Shown piece after piece: positions 27,997 through 37,791 of a stretch of DNA of 62,123 nt. This DNA is from a virus (lineage: Duplodnaviria > Caudoviricetes), in IMG/VR virus record IMGVR_UViG_3300044460_000010, positions 1 to 62,123 of that record; one strand, written 5' to 3'. A model generated the notes under the pieces. It ran no database searches, was not told the DNA's origin, and saw only the letters and a program-made list of their open reading frames with translations. A program made the translations under genes and the position numbers. The first letter of the stretch is position 1, and every line of letters begins with the position of its first letter.

Positions 27997-30009
27997 TTAG
28001 GTGGATCGGGTAATCGTCATCCCGCGATTCTCAAACGTCACGGTGCCCGTATTGGTTCGGAACTGCATTTTGATGGTGTGCGGCGCGGCTGACACGCCCG
28101 TGAGTTTCACCGAACCGGCGCACGGGTAAAGCAGGGTCGCGGCGGGGCAGCGTATCGTGGGGCCGTCTGTGTCGGTGCCATCCAAGTCTACCACGAGCCT
28201 CGCCGCGCCGTTGATCGCGCTGTGCGAACACGTGGCCGATAAATGCACGATGAGGTCACACGCGTCGTCAAGGGTAAGCGAGACGCTCTGTACGGTCGTC
28301 AGGTCCGTGTTGGTCGTGCTCGACGTCGCTTCACTCGCAACCTCGTGGCTCTCACGCAACAGGACGCCGACGTTCTTGTTCCACGTCCCGTTGCTGCCCA
28401 GATTGTAAGGCTGATTGGTGTGGGCCGTGGCACCCGGATCCGGGACGCCGCCGACCGCGTGAGACGCGCCTGCGGCGACAAAGGGGACCAGTGCCCCCCA
28501 ACTTGGCACGCCAGCGACAGTTTGCGTCAGGTAATCCTTCGCGACACCACTGGCCCCCAACCCTCCCCAGGCACTGGCGCCGTACACAAGCAGCGTGCCG
28601 GTGCCCGTGGCAATCATGCTCAGCACATCGCTGGCCGTCAGGGCGGACGGTACACCCGTGCCGCCCGTGTTGCGACCGATGACGCGATTGCTAGCGATGT
28701 CCGCCAGTTTCGCCATCGTCACGGCAGCGGTGGCAATCTCCGTGGTGCCCACCGCGTTTGCGTCAATCTCCCACACCGTGCCACTCGACGACACGGTGAT
28801 ATCACCGTAGTCAGCATCGGCGACTGCTGCCGCGGCATTCAGCGTTGTGCCGCTCATCGACAGACCAGTGCCAAGCGTGAGTTCCTGTGGATCGCCCGCG
28901 CCCGAGTCGCCGCGACCGAGCAGCTTCGACGCGGCCGATACATTCTGCATCTTCGCGTAAGTCACCGCGTCATTGTCGATGGCCCAGGCGGCACCCGAAG
29001 AGGAAACCGTGATATCGCCTTTGTCGCCGTCGCTGACGCCTCCCCCAGCTTGCCATGTGGGTAGCGCCGCCGCCCCGTTACTCGTCAGCACTTGCCCAGC
29101 CGTCCCCACGCCGGAGACGTTTTGGAACGGCCCGGTGGAAGTGGTGCCCGCACAAATGACCGCATAGGCGGTGAAGCTACCGCCGCCCGTGCCGCCATCA
29201 GCGACTGCGACGTCTGTGCCGCCGGGAGCATAGGCCGTGCTCGTGCCGGACATGTACAACCCGCCGCTGAAGGTCAGCCCGCCCGTCACGACTGATCCGC
29301 CCGCAACTCCCCCTATGGAAAAGCCCCGGTTGGTGTCTACCGTACTACCCACGTCGCCGTTGAAAAAGAATCCATTGACCTGGACAGAGAAACCCATGAC
29401 CTTATAGCCACTGACCGTACCCACGCGATAACTGTGCTGAACGGTATCAACATCCGTTGCGGTTGCCCCGTTTCGCACGAGGAAGATCCCCATGCCCAGC
29501 CCGTTCAGCGGGTCAACGCTCAACCCTCCCACGGCTGCGTTGCAAATCTCAAAGCCGCGCGATGTCTCGAAGGCGGGGAAAGGCACGGCATCTGCCACGA
29601 GGGACAGGCGGCCGTTGTCTACAATCTTCCACGCACTATCTTGGATGACCGGAGTGCCCGTGCCGTCAAAGCGTGCGATGCGGTTGTCCGTGCCCGTGCC
29701 CGTGACGCCGGAAAATGTGAAGTCTACTCGCACCGTTCCGGGAACGGTCTCGGAGAGCGTGAAACCGTCCGCTTGATCAAACTGGATTGTCGTAACCTTG
29801 GCATACTCTGGGGCGCCGTCCGCATCCTCGATCGTCAGCCCGCCCAACAGCCCGCCAAGCCCCGGCGCGGAGATGACATCGCCACCCATCCCGTGGCTGA
29901 TTTGAAGCGGCGCGCCGACTGTCAAGCGGCGCAACCGCTCAAGCTCGCGCCACATCTCGTTGAGGCGTTGCGCGTCAGGTACGCTCAGCGGTCCGGCGTG
30001 AAAGTTCAT
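27997..30009 (-). CDS. Tail fibre protein
   Basis: VAVADGGTG, GTAGQVLTSNG, DGDKGDITVSSSG, AVTYAKMQNV fibre repeats. Confidence 0.8.
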   Translation of the reverse strand: MNFHAGPLSVPDAQRLNEMWRELERLRRLTVGAPLQISHGMGGDVISAPGLGGLLGGLTIEDADGAPEYAKVTTIQFDQADGFTLSETVPGTVRVDFTFSGVTGTGTDNRIARFDGTGTPVIQDSAWKIVDNGRLSLVADAVPFPAFETSRGFEICNAAVGGLSVDPLNGLGMGIFLVRNGATATDVDTVQHSYRVGTVSGYKVMGFSVQVNGFFFNGDVGSTVDTNRGFSIGGVAGGSVVTGGLTFSGGLYMSGTSTAYAPGGTDVAVADGGTGGGSFTAYAVICAGTTSTGPFQNVSGVGTAGQVLTSNGAAALPTWQAGGGVSDGDKGDITVSSSGAAWAIDNDAVTYAKMQNVSAASKLLGRGDSGAGDPQELTLGTGLSMSGTTLNAAAAVADADYGDITVSSSGTVWEIDANAVGTTEIATAAVTMAKLADIASNRVIGRNTGGTGVPSALTASDVLSMIATGTGTLLVYGASAWGGLGASGVAKDYLTQTVAGVPSWGALVPFVAAGASHAVGGVPDPGATAHTNQPYNLGSNGTWNKNVGVLLRESHEVASEATSSTTNTDLTTVQSVSLTLDDACDLIVHLSATCSHSAINGAARLVVDLDGTDTDGPTIRCPAATLLYPCAGSVKLTGVSAAPHTIKMQFRTNTGTVTFENRGMTITRST

Positions 30010-30019
30010 CAAGCATCCC

Positions 30020-31171
30020 TTAACCGAACAGCCAGCGTAAGCCTTCCATTGCGACCCGCGGACCGGGAGCCGCTGGCCCAACTCCAAAGAAGTCAGCGCC
30101 AGCGCCAGCCCCGCGTCCGATCCTGCCGCCCTGCTCGCCGCCGATCCCGCGCCCCACGCTCTCAAGCGGCCTCCGATTACTCCCGGCCGATGACTCGGGG
30201 ACCAGGCCGCCGCGCATGAGTTCCACGGCCTTGCGGATGGCCTTGAGTTCGTTGAGTTGCTCTTTCGGAATGTCGCCGCCCACGCCCATCTGGAACGCGG
30301 AGGTGTAGGCTTTATTGATGAACGACTGAACGCCGCCGATCTCTGCGCGACGCGCTGCCGCGCCAACACTGGACTGGTCCTTGATCGGGGGCAGCGTGAG
30401 TATTTCGCGAATCGCATCGACTAACGCGCGAAGGCCCGTCGCTGCTTCGCGGGCGACCTTCGCCACCTCTTCGAGCATCGGCACAAGCGCAACTTCGAGT
30501 ACAGGGACCAGTGCAACCGCCACAACCTCAACCACTGCGGACAAGGCTTTTACGACCGAGCCGAACGCCTGGAATATCCGCTTACCGCTGTCCATCGTCG
30601 CCATCACCCCAACGAACGCGCCGACGAGTGTTCCGATCAAAGCCGGGATACCACCGACGACACGCACGAGGACGGTTCCGGCGCTGATCAGCGCGCCGAT
30701 GGCCCCGCCAAGCCCGCTGCCCAGCCCCAGCCCCACGGCGAGCTTTTGCGCTTCCGGCGAGAGACTGGCGAACGTGTCCGCCAGCGTGCGAACCATCCCC
30801 GTTAGCTTCTCCAGCACGGGGACTAGCGCCCGCCCGATGACGGCTTGTAGGTCGGCAATTGCCTGATTCCATCGCAGCGTGGCGTTGGGGTTTGCTTTCT
30901 CCACGAACGAGGAAATGGCGCTACCGAAAGACAGGATGGACTTTTCGAGCACCGCGAACATCGCGACGATGCGAGACGAACCTGTTTTCAGCCCCTCGCC
31001 AAAGGTGGCGTCCCTGGACTTTGGCTCGGGCGTGGGGTTGGGATTCCGATTCGATCCGCCCGTTCCCGCCTCCATCGCCTCGAAGCCGCGCTCGACGACG
31101 TCAAGCAACACACGCAAATCGCTGTGTGCTTGCTGTGTCACCCACAGGAGATCGTCAAGACTTGCGGCCAC
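30020..31171 (-). CDS. Tape measure-like protein (short)
   Basis: Ala/Gly/Leu-rich helical protein; position after tail chaperones. Confidence 0.6.
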   Translation of the reverse strand: MAASLDDLLWVTQQAHSDLRVLLDVVERGFEAMEAGTGGSNRNPNPTPEPKSRDATFGEGLKTGSSRIVAMFAVLEKSILSFGSAISSFVEKANPNATLRWNQAIADLQAVIGRALVPVLEKLTGMVRTLADTFASLSPEAQKLAVGLGLGSGLGGAIGALISAGTVLVRVVGGIPALIGTLVGAFVGVMATMDSGKRIFQAFGSVVKALSAVVEVVAVALVPVLEVALVPMLEEVAKVAREAATGLRALVDAIREILTLPPIKDQSSVGAAARRAEIGGVQSFINKAYTSAFQMGVGGDIPKEQLNELKAIRKAVELMRGGLVPESSAGSNRRPLESVGRGIGGEQGGRIGRGAGAGADFFGVGPAAPGPRVAMEGLRWLFG

Positions 31172-31463
31172 GAGTTAGCCTCTTCCCTTCCTTCGATGCG
31201 GCCCACTGGTCGTAGGCTTTACCCAGGTCTTCAGCATTTCCGCCAAGTGCCAGGCCACCAGCGATGTACTCATCTCGCGTCGGTAGGCGCGACCTGCCTT
31301 TTTTCTCCGGCTCCTCTTCCTCAGCGCCTTCTCCTCTGGGCCTGTTCTTCTTGGCTCTCTCCAGTTCGGGATGGATGTAGAGTTCCCAAATCTGGTCGTC
31401 GGTCAGTTCGCCGATTTCCGCATGCGCGACGCGGAACGGATCAGCAAGCAGAATCTGGTACAC
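31155..31463 (-). CDS. Tail assembly chaperone-like (gpT position)
   Basis: EIGELTDDQIWEL; synteny. Confidence 0.45.
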   Translation of the reverse strand: MYQILLADPFRVAHAEIGELTDDQIWELYIHPELERAKKNRPRGEGAEEEEPEKKGRSRLPTRDEYIAGGLALGGNAEDLGKAYDQWAASKEGKRLTRGRKS

Positions 31464-31468
31464 CGCCT

Positions 31469-32020
31469 TCAGGTGGAAGCGGTAGCCAGTGCCGCCGTCG
31501 CCTCGTTCAGTAATGCGGCGACGGCTTCGGGGTCGAGCTTCTTCCCCGCTTCGGCCGCGATCTGCACCATCGCCGCGTGGAAAAAATCCGGCGCGATCAC
31601 GACAAGCGCCGCCTCTGTCTGCTCAGGCTCGTTGGCAAGAAGGTAGGCCGCATCCGCCTCCGTCGCGTCGGGGTGATGCCTCTGCATCAAGGACAGCAGG
31701 AACAGTTTCGAGCCGATGGCAGACTTGACGACACGGAACCAGCCCTTGCCGAACGTGCTGTAGTGCTGAGCCGCGAGCGAGTCCTGCGCGTCCTGCCAAT
31801 ACTGCTCGCCTAACTCGCTACTCAGTTCCACCCGTATCTGCAGAGCGCTACGCACGACTTGTGACCGGATCAACTCTTCCAGTCGCCCCTTCGCGTTCTG
31901 TGTGTTGAACCCCAGTCGCCACGTCTTGCCGCCCGTCGTGATTGTTGGGCCGGGGTGCCCAGTGACTTGCTGCACCGACGCCACCCGCGACGGTTCGGCT
32001 TTCTTCCGCCTCTTGCTCAC
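31469..32020 (-). CDS. Tail assembly chaperone-like (gpG position)
   Basis: Synteny between tail tube and tape measure genes. Confidence 0.45.
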   Translation of the reverse strand: MSKRRKKAEPSRVASVQQVTGHPGPTITTGGKTWRLGFNTQNAKGRLEELIRSQVVRSALQIRVELSSELGEQYWQDAQDSLAAQHYSTFGKGWFRVVKSAIGSKLFLLSLMQRHHPDATEADAAYLLANEPEQTEAALVVIAPDFFHAAMVQIAAEAGKKLDPEAVAALLNEATAALATAST

Positions 32021-32364
32021 GCCGCATCCTCCGATTTCGCAATGACTTCACCGGTTGACCCGTCCGGGTTGAGCCGCAGCGCAACCCACGGACGGAACTC
32101 CCACAACTCTTGCCGCTCGTAGTAGATTTCGAGTTTCTTCCCGCCCCGCCCGTCGTCGATCATCCGCTTCTTACGATGCGGCGAAGCTAATGGAGTACCG
32201 TCTGGCCCTAACACAAATCGCCCGACCTTTGCGGGCGATGTTTGCAGGCAAAACACGGTTGCCGGGAACCGCTCGCCCGTCTGTGGGTCGATGATGCGGA
32301 CGTTGCAGGGGAAGGAAACAGAGCCCGGTTCGCGTCCTTCCTTGCGGCAGTCGTAAACCGCCAT
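32017..32364 (-). CDS. Hypothetical protein
   Basis: Coupled ORF in the tail operon. Confidence 0.55.
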   Translation of the reverse strand: MAVYDCRKEGREPGSVSFPCNVRIIDPQTGERFPATVFCLQTSPAKVGRFVLGPDGTPLASPHRKKRMIDDGRGGKKLEIYYERQELWEFRPWVALRLNPDGSTGEVIAKSEDAA

Positions 32365-32366
32365 TA

Positions 32367-32651
32367 CTAAGACTCAATGCGCGTGATATCGATTTCAACC
32401 TTACCATCTGGCAGTACGGTGAAGGCGTCGCGATTGTTTTCCGTCATCGGCCAAGTTGAAACTTTGATGTGATCCGGGTTGCCGCGCTGCATAACGCAGA
32501 ACATACCATTTTCGGAACTGACGACAGTGCCAGGGATGACGCCCCAGCCTTCCGCGATCAAAGTATTTACGTCCTGTGCCAAAGAGATTGGCCCTGGGGC
32601 ACCAACGGCTCTTTGCTCGTAATTGCCCCTTATCAACTTCTCTACTTGCAC
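32367..32651 (-). CDS. Hypothetical protein
   Basis: GGAG RBS, GTG start. Confidence 0.5.
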   Translation of the reverse strand: MQVEKLIRGNYEQRAVGAPGPISLAQDVNTLIAEGWGVIPGTVVSSENGMFCVMQRGNPDHIKVSTWPMTENNRDAFTVLPDGKVEIDITRIES

Positions 32652-32662
32652 GGTTCCTCTCC

Positions 32663-33058
32663 TTATGCCGCCTGTGAAACGATGCCACTGGATTGCATTT
32701 GCGCGGTTCCCATTGCACGATCACGTACCGAGACGTTCGGCTGAAACTCCAGTACATCAGCGGTGACACTGAGATAGCCGAGTTGCACAGTCTTCCGGAA
32801 CAAGAGATCGCACACGACGGGTGCTTCGGGAAAGAACGCGTTCACGTTCGCGTCACTCATGTACAGTTCGACGCTGAACGTCGTATCGAGAACGCCCGTT
32901 GTGCCCTCACTGTGGACATTGTTCCCGCTTGTGGAAACCGCGCTCTCGAAGTTCGTGAGGTCGAGTCGTTCGCGGCGGAAACCGATGTTCCACCGGAACG
33001 GGCCCGTGATGGCCGTGGGCATACGGAACCGTGCGAACTTACCGGCCATGAATGCCAT
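32663..33058 (-). CDS. Major tail (tube) protein
   Basis: MAFMAGK...WNI...LDLTNFES...MQSSG pattern, size and synteny. Confidence 0.6.
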   Translation of the reverse strand: MAFMAGKFARFRMPTAITGPFRWNIGFRRERLDLTNFESAVSTSGNNVHSEGTTGVLDTTFSVELYMSDANVNAFFPEAPVVCDLLFRKTVQLGYLSVTADVLEFQPNVSVRDRAMGTAQMQSSGIVSQAA

Positions 33059-33073
33059 TGACGCAACCTCCGA

Positions 33074-33454
33074 TTAGGCAACGAGTGTGCGCATGTAGAT
33101 TGTCGCCGCGCCGCCGGTTGCGTTGGTCCAGTACGTGGTGGTTACCGCGCTTGTGAATGGGTTGGTCAGCCCGCACGCGAGATACCAGATGAACGGCTTG
33201 CCCGCCGTGACGGTGATGGTGTTGCCGCCCGTCGCGTCGGTCGCGTTCGTTTCCAGTGTGACTGTCACATCACTCTTGATGTAGATGCCGCGCAGGTTCG
33301 TGTGATTGAACGCAATGTTCTCTTGCTGATCCGTCGTCGAGCCCGCGAGTGCGATATTCGCCTCGGTGGCCAACTCTCCGGTGACAGCGACGGAATCACT
33401 GAGTGAGGTAGACCCGCCGGAATGGCCGAACGTAAACGTGTGCGTGATGGACAT
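33074..33454 (-). CDS. Virion structural protein
   Basis: Thr-rich beta protein with its own late promoter motif. Confidence 0.5.
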   Translation of the reverse strand: MSITHTFTFGHSGGSTSLSDSVAVTGELATEANIALAGSTTDQQENIAFNHTNLRGIYIKSDVTVTLETNATDATGGNTITVTAGKPFIWYLACGLTNPFTSAVTTTYWTNATGGAATIYMRTLVA

Positions 33455-33512
33455 AGACCGCCCTCATGGATGAGGCTATTTTGCAGCCAGGCAGGGGAAC
33501 CTGCGTTGCGAG

Positions 33513-33980
33513 TCAGGAGCGGTGGACTTCGACGCTGTACACGATTGTCGAGCGGTGGACATACGCCCCGTTGCGATCAAGACCGGCTTGCGCGGGCTCG
33601 GGTGGACGCTCCAGTGTAATGCTCAGCGTCGCACCATCTGTTAGCCCGCTCAGCGTCGAGCGATTCTCGAAACCCGCGGCGGCAGAGACGGAACCGCCAT
33701 TGAAACGGATGCAAGCCATGATGGTATCCGCGTCCGCTTGCGTGAGCGCAAACGCCGTGATGGTCAAGCGATACCGCTCAAAACTGTCGTCCTCGAAGGT
33801 CAAGTCTGTCTTGTCTGGTTGGAGCACGCCAATCACGTAAGGTGGTCGAAGTTGAGTGCCCGCGGAGGTCGCGACTGGCGCCAATGACTCCGAGAAGGGC
33901 GGGAGCGCAATGCCGCCGGGGAAGTTCGCCACAGTGAGCGTGTCGTAGAAGTCTTTGACGGCTTTGAAGAGTGACGCCAT
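33513..33980 (-). CDS. Tail terminator-like protein
   Basis: PPYVI...LTITAFA...YSVEV; synteny. Confidence 0.5.
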   Translation of the reverse strand: MASLFKAVKDFYDTLTVANFPGGIALPPFSESLAPVATSAGTQLRPPYVIGVLQPDKTDLTFEDDSFERYRLTITAFALTQADADTIMACIRFNGGSVSAAAGFENRSTLSGLTDGATLSITLERPPEPAQAGLDRNGAYVHRSTIVYSVEVHRS

Positions 33981-33984
33981 GTTC

Positions 33985-34041
33985 GCAAGTTCCCCTGATA
34001 AGCAGCACACTCAAAGTGTGACGCACCCACGGGGAACTTGC
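33985..34041. promoter_or_regulatory. Face-to-face pair of late promoter motifs
   Basis: GCAAGTTCCCC-N10-CACACT on + (33985-34011) and on - (34015-34041). Confidence 0.7.
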
Positions 34042-34043
34042 AG

Positions 34044-35135
34044 ATGGCAGCGCCTGACCCGCTCTCCGGCACGATCGAGGAATTTACCGCCACGGACTGG
34101 AAGGAATGCGTGGCGAACTTCCGGCCGTCAGGGCCGAACTCGTTCAGCCCCGAGAGCGGAGAGGCCGCGCTAACTGGGGTCGTTCCCGCGCACAAGGTGC
34201 GCGGCGCAATGCGTTTTTTGCTGGGCTATAACAACACCGAAACCGTGGCGGACAAGGTCTACATTCAGCGGACAAACCCCGTCTACCATCCGCGATACGA
34301 GCGGATGGTATGCACGTCTGCCGCAGAGGAAGAGTTCAAGCCGCAGAGCAAAACCGCATCCCTGAGCACTCCGCACACGCTCAAGACACCCGCTGTCGCG
34401 GCGGTCAGTGCGGCCAAGAGTCTTGGTTTTCGGACTGGCTACACACACGCGCACATCACGGCGCGGTTCCAGCCCATCCCGTGGGAACTGGCGGAAGACA
34501 GCATTGACCGCGAGCACGAGTACCAGCGTAACACCTGGATCGACATTGAGCCGCGAATCGAAGTGCTGAGCCTCGATGGGTTCAAACTGATCTTCGCGGA
34601 AGGCGAGAGTAACACGCCACCGGTCTCCAATCCCAAAGGCAAGGAATACCCCGCGCCATTCGGCCAGATCCTCGTCAAGCCCGATGTCACGATGTACTGG
34701 AAGAGTGTGCCGAAGCGGTTCCTGATGCCGTTGGGCTTGCCGAGAAATGTTCTGGCGGCACTGGGTAAGGTGAACGACGACAGTTTCAACGGCTTCGCCA
34801 AAGGCACGCTGCTTTTGATGGGGGCGAAGCTAACGCGCACGCCGTGGGCACTGGCGCTTGGCACGGAAGACCCCTGGAACTATCAGGTGATGCTGGCGTT
34901 CAGTTACTTCAAGCCGCCGAAGGGCAAGAGCGCGGATACGCAGATCGACACGAACCACGGTCACAACAACATGCCGTGGAGAGGCCTGGCAGTTGAAGGG
35001 GCGCTGACTGCTGGTGATACCAACGCCGGCAAGTGGTTTCTGGCAACGCGGACGGGCGGAAGCGGGGTTGCGTCCGTTGACCCGCGGTTGATCGAGGAAG
35101 CCAGTTTTCCCACCATCTTCCGGCAGACAACCTAA
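34044..35135 (+). CDS. Putative tail hub/baseplate protein, inverted relative to the tail operon
   Basis: 363-aa globular ORF within the morphogenesis region; function inferred from context only. Confidence 0.5.
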   Translation: MAAPDPLSGTIEEFTATDWKECVANFRPSGPNSFSPESGEAALTGVVPAHKVRGAMRFLLGYNNTETVADKVYIQRTNPVYHPRYERMVCTSAAEEEFKPQSKTASLSTPHTLKTPAVAAVSAAKSLGFRTGYTHAHITARFQPIPWELAEDSIDREHEYQRNTWIDIEPRIEVLSLDGFKLIFAEGESNTPPVSNPKGKEYPAPFGQILVKPDVTMYWKSVPKRFLMPLGLPRNVLAALGKVNDDSFNGFAKGTLLLMGAKLTRTPWALALGTEDPWNYQVMLAFSYFKPPKGKSADTQIDTNHGHNNMPWRGLAVEGALTAGDTNAGKWFLATRTGGSGVASVDPRLIEEASFPTIFRQTT

Positions 35136-35533
35136 CCCGACTGCTGTGCGATGCAGGTACAGACGTCGTCAGTGAATTCAAGGGTGATACTCACCCACAA
35201 GGCGCTCCACGTCTCGTAAATGACCTTCCCGCCCCTTCGCTGCTCGGTGCGTTTCGACCAACCGAGCAGACTTGTCAACGCGGTTCTGCCTTTACCGATA
35301 AGCGGCTGGGCCTCGTGAATGCGCTCTTTCAGTCTCATGGGGTAATAGCCGCCCATGAGCAGCACCGCGCCCGTAGCCGCTAAGGAGCCGGCAAGGATGA
35401 TGTGAATGCGTGCTTTTCGCGAGGTGGACGGTTTGTCGAAATCATCAAAAGCAGCCCAGCCCCAGATGCAACCAACACCCATGAGGACGCAGCACCCGAT
35501 GCCGAGGAACTGGGTTGGCGTTGGCGAACGCAT
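35132..35533 (-). CDS. Membrane protein (moron-like)
   Basis: Two TM segments. Confidence 0.55.
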   Translation of the reverse strand: MRSPTPTQFLGIGCCVLMGVGCIWGWAAFDDFDKPSTSRKARIHIILAGSLAATGAVLLMGGYYPMRLKERIHEAQPLIGKGRTALTSLLGWSKRTEQRRGGKVIYETWSALWVSITLEFTDDVCTCIAQQSG

Positions 35534-35599
35534 GGTCTACCCCTCGTGCGGGCACCATGTGGACGGGGCAGCGGCCCGCGGCGCTAACCCCCTTTCCTT

Positions 35600-35690
35600 C
35601 AGTCTCAAGTCAGCAGGTCAAAAGTCGTAAGGTCTAAGAGTTGACTGTATTTTGACTTTATGACCTTTGACGTTACGACTTTACGACTGA
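35600..35690. repeat. Heptamer-based imperfect palindrome (family B)
   Basis: AGTCTCAAGTCAGCAGGTCAAAAGTCGTAAGGTC...GACTTTATGACCTTTGACGTTACGACTTTACGACT. Confidence 0.8.
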
Positions 35691-35718
35691 AGAAGAGGAA
35701 GGGCAAGGACGCGCGTGT

Positions 35719-36030
35719 TCAGGTGGGGTTGGCCGCTGGTTCCTCGATGGGCGCAGCGTAGATGGCGTTCCCGTACTCGTCGCGCGCCCGCTCAAACGGC
35801 ATCCCGACGAGTTCCCGTAGTTCGGCCACCTTCTGCGGCGAGAGCACAACGGCTTGCGACGACAAAAAAGCGTCCGCGGGAATCAGCTTGCCGCTATCAA
35901 GCCAGATGTGGACCAAGCACGCGTCGGTCGGAATCTCCGCTCCCGACGCGTCCTTTGGAAACACGACGCGGACGATCTTGCTCACGCTGATGGAGTGCAA
36001 CTCACCGTTCCAAACGAAGTTAAAGAACAT
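35719..36030 (-). CDS. Hypothetical protein
   Basis: AGGAGG RBS. Confidence 0.6.
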   Translation of the reverse strand: MFFNFVWNGELHSISVSKIVRVVFPKDASGAEIPTDACLVHIWLDSGKLIPADAFLSSQAVVLSPQKVAELRELVGMPFERARDEYGNAIYAAPIEEPAANPT

Positions 36031-36044
36031 CGGCTCCTCCTTGG

Positions 36045-36380
36045 TTACAGTTGTTCTTCGAGCAGCAACTGGCAAAGTCGGGGGATCGTCCCCACGGCCT
36101 CCGTCACCCGAATCCCCAGGATGTGAAACGAACGGCTCCCGAAGGTGAGTTTGTCGCCACGCTGCGCGGTCACGTCCGTCGTCGAGAACTGGTGACTCAC
36201 GATGATATCCATCTGCGCGAATCGCAACTGCTCATTGGCGCTCAACGCGTTCAAGTAGCCCTTCACGGCACTCGTGCGCGTGGCGAACGCGTTGGACACG
36301 CCCCCACCGGCATCGGTCGAGGTGGTCAGCGCGAGGATCGTCACCGTGTGCGGGCTGGTGGCGGGAGAGTAGAGGGGCAT
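36045..36380 (-). CDS. Head-closure protein (SPP1 gp16-like)
   Basis: HTVTI...TDAGGG...RGDKLTFGSRSFHILGI. Confidence 0.7.
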   Translation of the reverse strand: MPLYSPATSPHTVTILALTTSTDAGGGVSNAFATRTSAVKGYLNALSANEQLRFAQMDIIVSHQFSTTDVTAQRGDKLTFGSRSFHILGIRVTEAVGTIPRLCQLLLEEQL

Positions 36381-36409
36381 GTTTTCCCTTCGTCTCAGGT
36401 CGTAAAGTC

Positions 36410-36524
36410 AAAGGCAGCCACAGATCGCGCGGATAAAGGCAGGATCGGAAAAGAAGGAATGGTTTTCAAACCCTGCTCTCTGCCTTTAATCCTGTCTTCA
36501 TCTGCGCAATCTGTGGCGGTATTC
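36410..36524. repeat. Palindromic element family A, copy 4 (abuts a family B fragment at 36397-36411)
   Basis: GCAGCCACAGAT...ATCTGTGGCGGTATT. Confidence 0.85.
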
Positions 36525-36530
36525 CGTCTT

Positions 36531-37211
36531 TCAACCCACGTGAATAGGCAGCACGCCAGCAGCCATGAGTAGCGATGTGACCTCCGGCGAGTTGACCGCG
36601 CCCTCCGCTGTGAACGGCCCGGCATTGCTGTACGAATACCCACCGAAGGATTCGCTACTGTACGCGGCACCTGAGGTCCGGCGATGGTAGAGAAGCGTCA
36701 CGGCTCGCGCGGCAGCCTCCTGGACTACGGCACTCACGGCGGTTGGGCCGAAGGTGCCGCTGACGAATATCGCGCCGCGGTTGGGGTCGGTCGCCGGGGC
36801 GAGTTTATCGAGCGAGTACCGGCGCTCGAATCCCCATATGCCCCGGTTCCTCCGGTAGACCATCCCCGCGCGGTTGATGCCGCTGATGGCATCGTCCACG
36901 GGGAGATAGTAGTCGGTGAAGTTCGTGAGCAGGTCCGCGGTGGTGAGTGTGCTGCTGTCGCCGTTGGCACCCCAGCGAAGGTAGAGTGCCGTGATGCTCC
37001 GGCACGGGCGAAGGGGCAGGTCAAGGATGTTGCCGAGCGGCGCATCGCACGCGAAGAGGGTGAGTGTCTTGGGCTCAATCGCGATGGGGGCGCACTTGCG
37101 GGTGAGCGCCTCCGAGACGGCGGAGGCGAAGGTGTCAATCGAGGTGGCGTCGGCACCGGTCACGGTGATGCCGGTTGACGCGGTCCACAGGGCTTGCGTG
37201 ATGACGGCCAT
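36531..37211 (-). CDS. Head-tail connector (gp6-like)
   Basis: VQEAAARAV...YSSESFGGYSYS. Confidence 0.7.
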   Translation of the reverse strand: MAVITQALWTASTGITVTGADATSIDTFASAVSEALTRKCAPIAIEPKTLTLFACDAPLGNILDLPLRPCRSITALYLRWGANGDSSTLTTADLLTNFTDYYLPVDDAISGINRAGMVYRRNRGIWGFERRYSLDKLAPATDPNRGAIFVSGTFGPTAVSAVVQEAAARAVTLLYHRRTSGAAYSSESFGGYSYSNAGPFTAEGAVNSPEVTSLLMAAGVLPIHVG

Positions 37212-37464
37212 GACACCACCTTACCCAGTTGGCGGGGGACCAGCGGGCGCACCATGCAGTTGGTGGATGAGGTTTTCGAGATCTATCTTCACGCGCTCAA
37301 GTGCAAACTTCGCGGCCAGGGCGGCTTCTTGCGCGGTCCATAGGTTCTTTGCGGCTTCGCCGTATACCTGCTGTGCCTTAACGACATCCTGCACAGCTTG
37401 GAGAATCTCCGCATCGCTGACTGTTACCGTGACCATCTTTACCTTCTTTGTGATGGGTTCGCCT

Positions 37465-37746
37465 TCACTCCGTCGGCTTGGCGGGCTTGCACGGTCCGCA
37501 ATCGCAGTGGTCGCCAAGGGCCACGAGGAAGGCATCAGCGTCTTCGCCCGCGAGGGTCAGGATACCGCCGTTTGCCAGGCACAGGGAGAGCGGTTGCTTC
37601 GCATCGCCTTCGACGGGCAGGGTCACGTCGATGACATGCGCCAGGTTGATGATGCGATTGCCGGCCCGGGCAAAGGACAGCGGTGAAGCGGCCTTGTGCT
37701 TGGGTTCTTGGTGGGCTTCGGGTTTCGACTTCTCGTGAACCGCCAT
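37465..37746 (-). CDS. Hypothetical protein
   Basis: GGAG RBS. Confidence 0.5.
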   Translation of the reverse strand: MAVHEKSKPEAHQEPKHKAASPLSFARAGNRIINLAHVIDVTLPVEGDAKQPLSLCLANGGILTLAGEDADAFLVALGDHCDCGPCKPAKPTE

Positions 37747-37791
37747 TGCGTGAACTCCCAGATAGTAGGTGAGCGTTGGAGGGTGGACGAT

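Noticed and set aside
27997-28056. DGR variable/template repeat pair with 59498-59557
   Set aside because: Too short, mismatches not adenine-specific, no reverse transcriptase gene seen.
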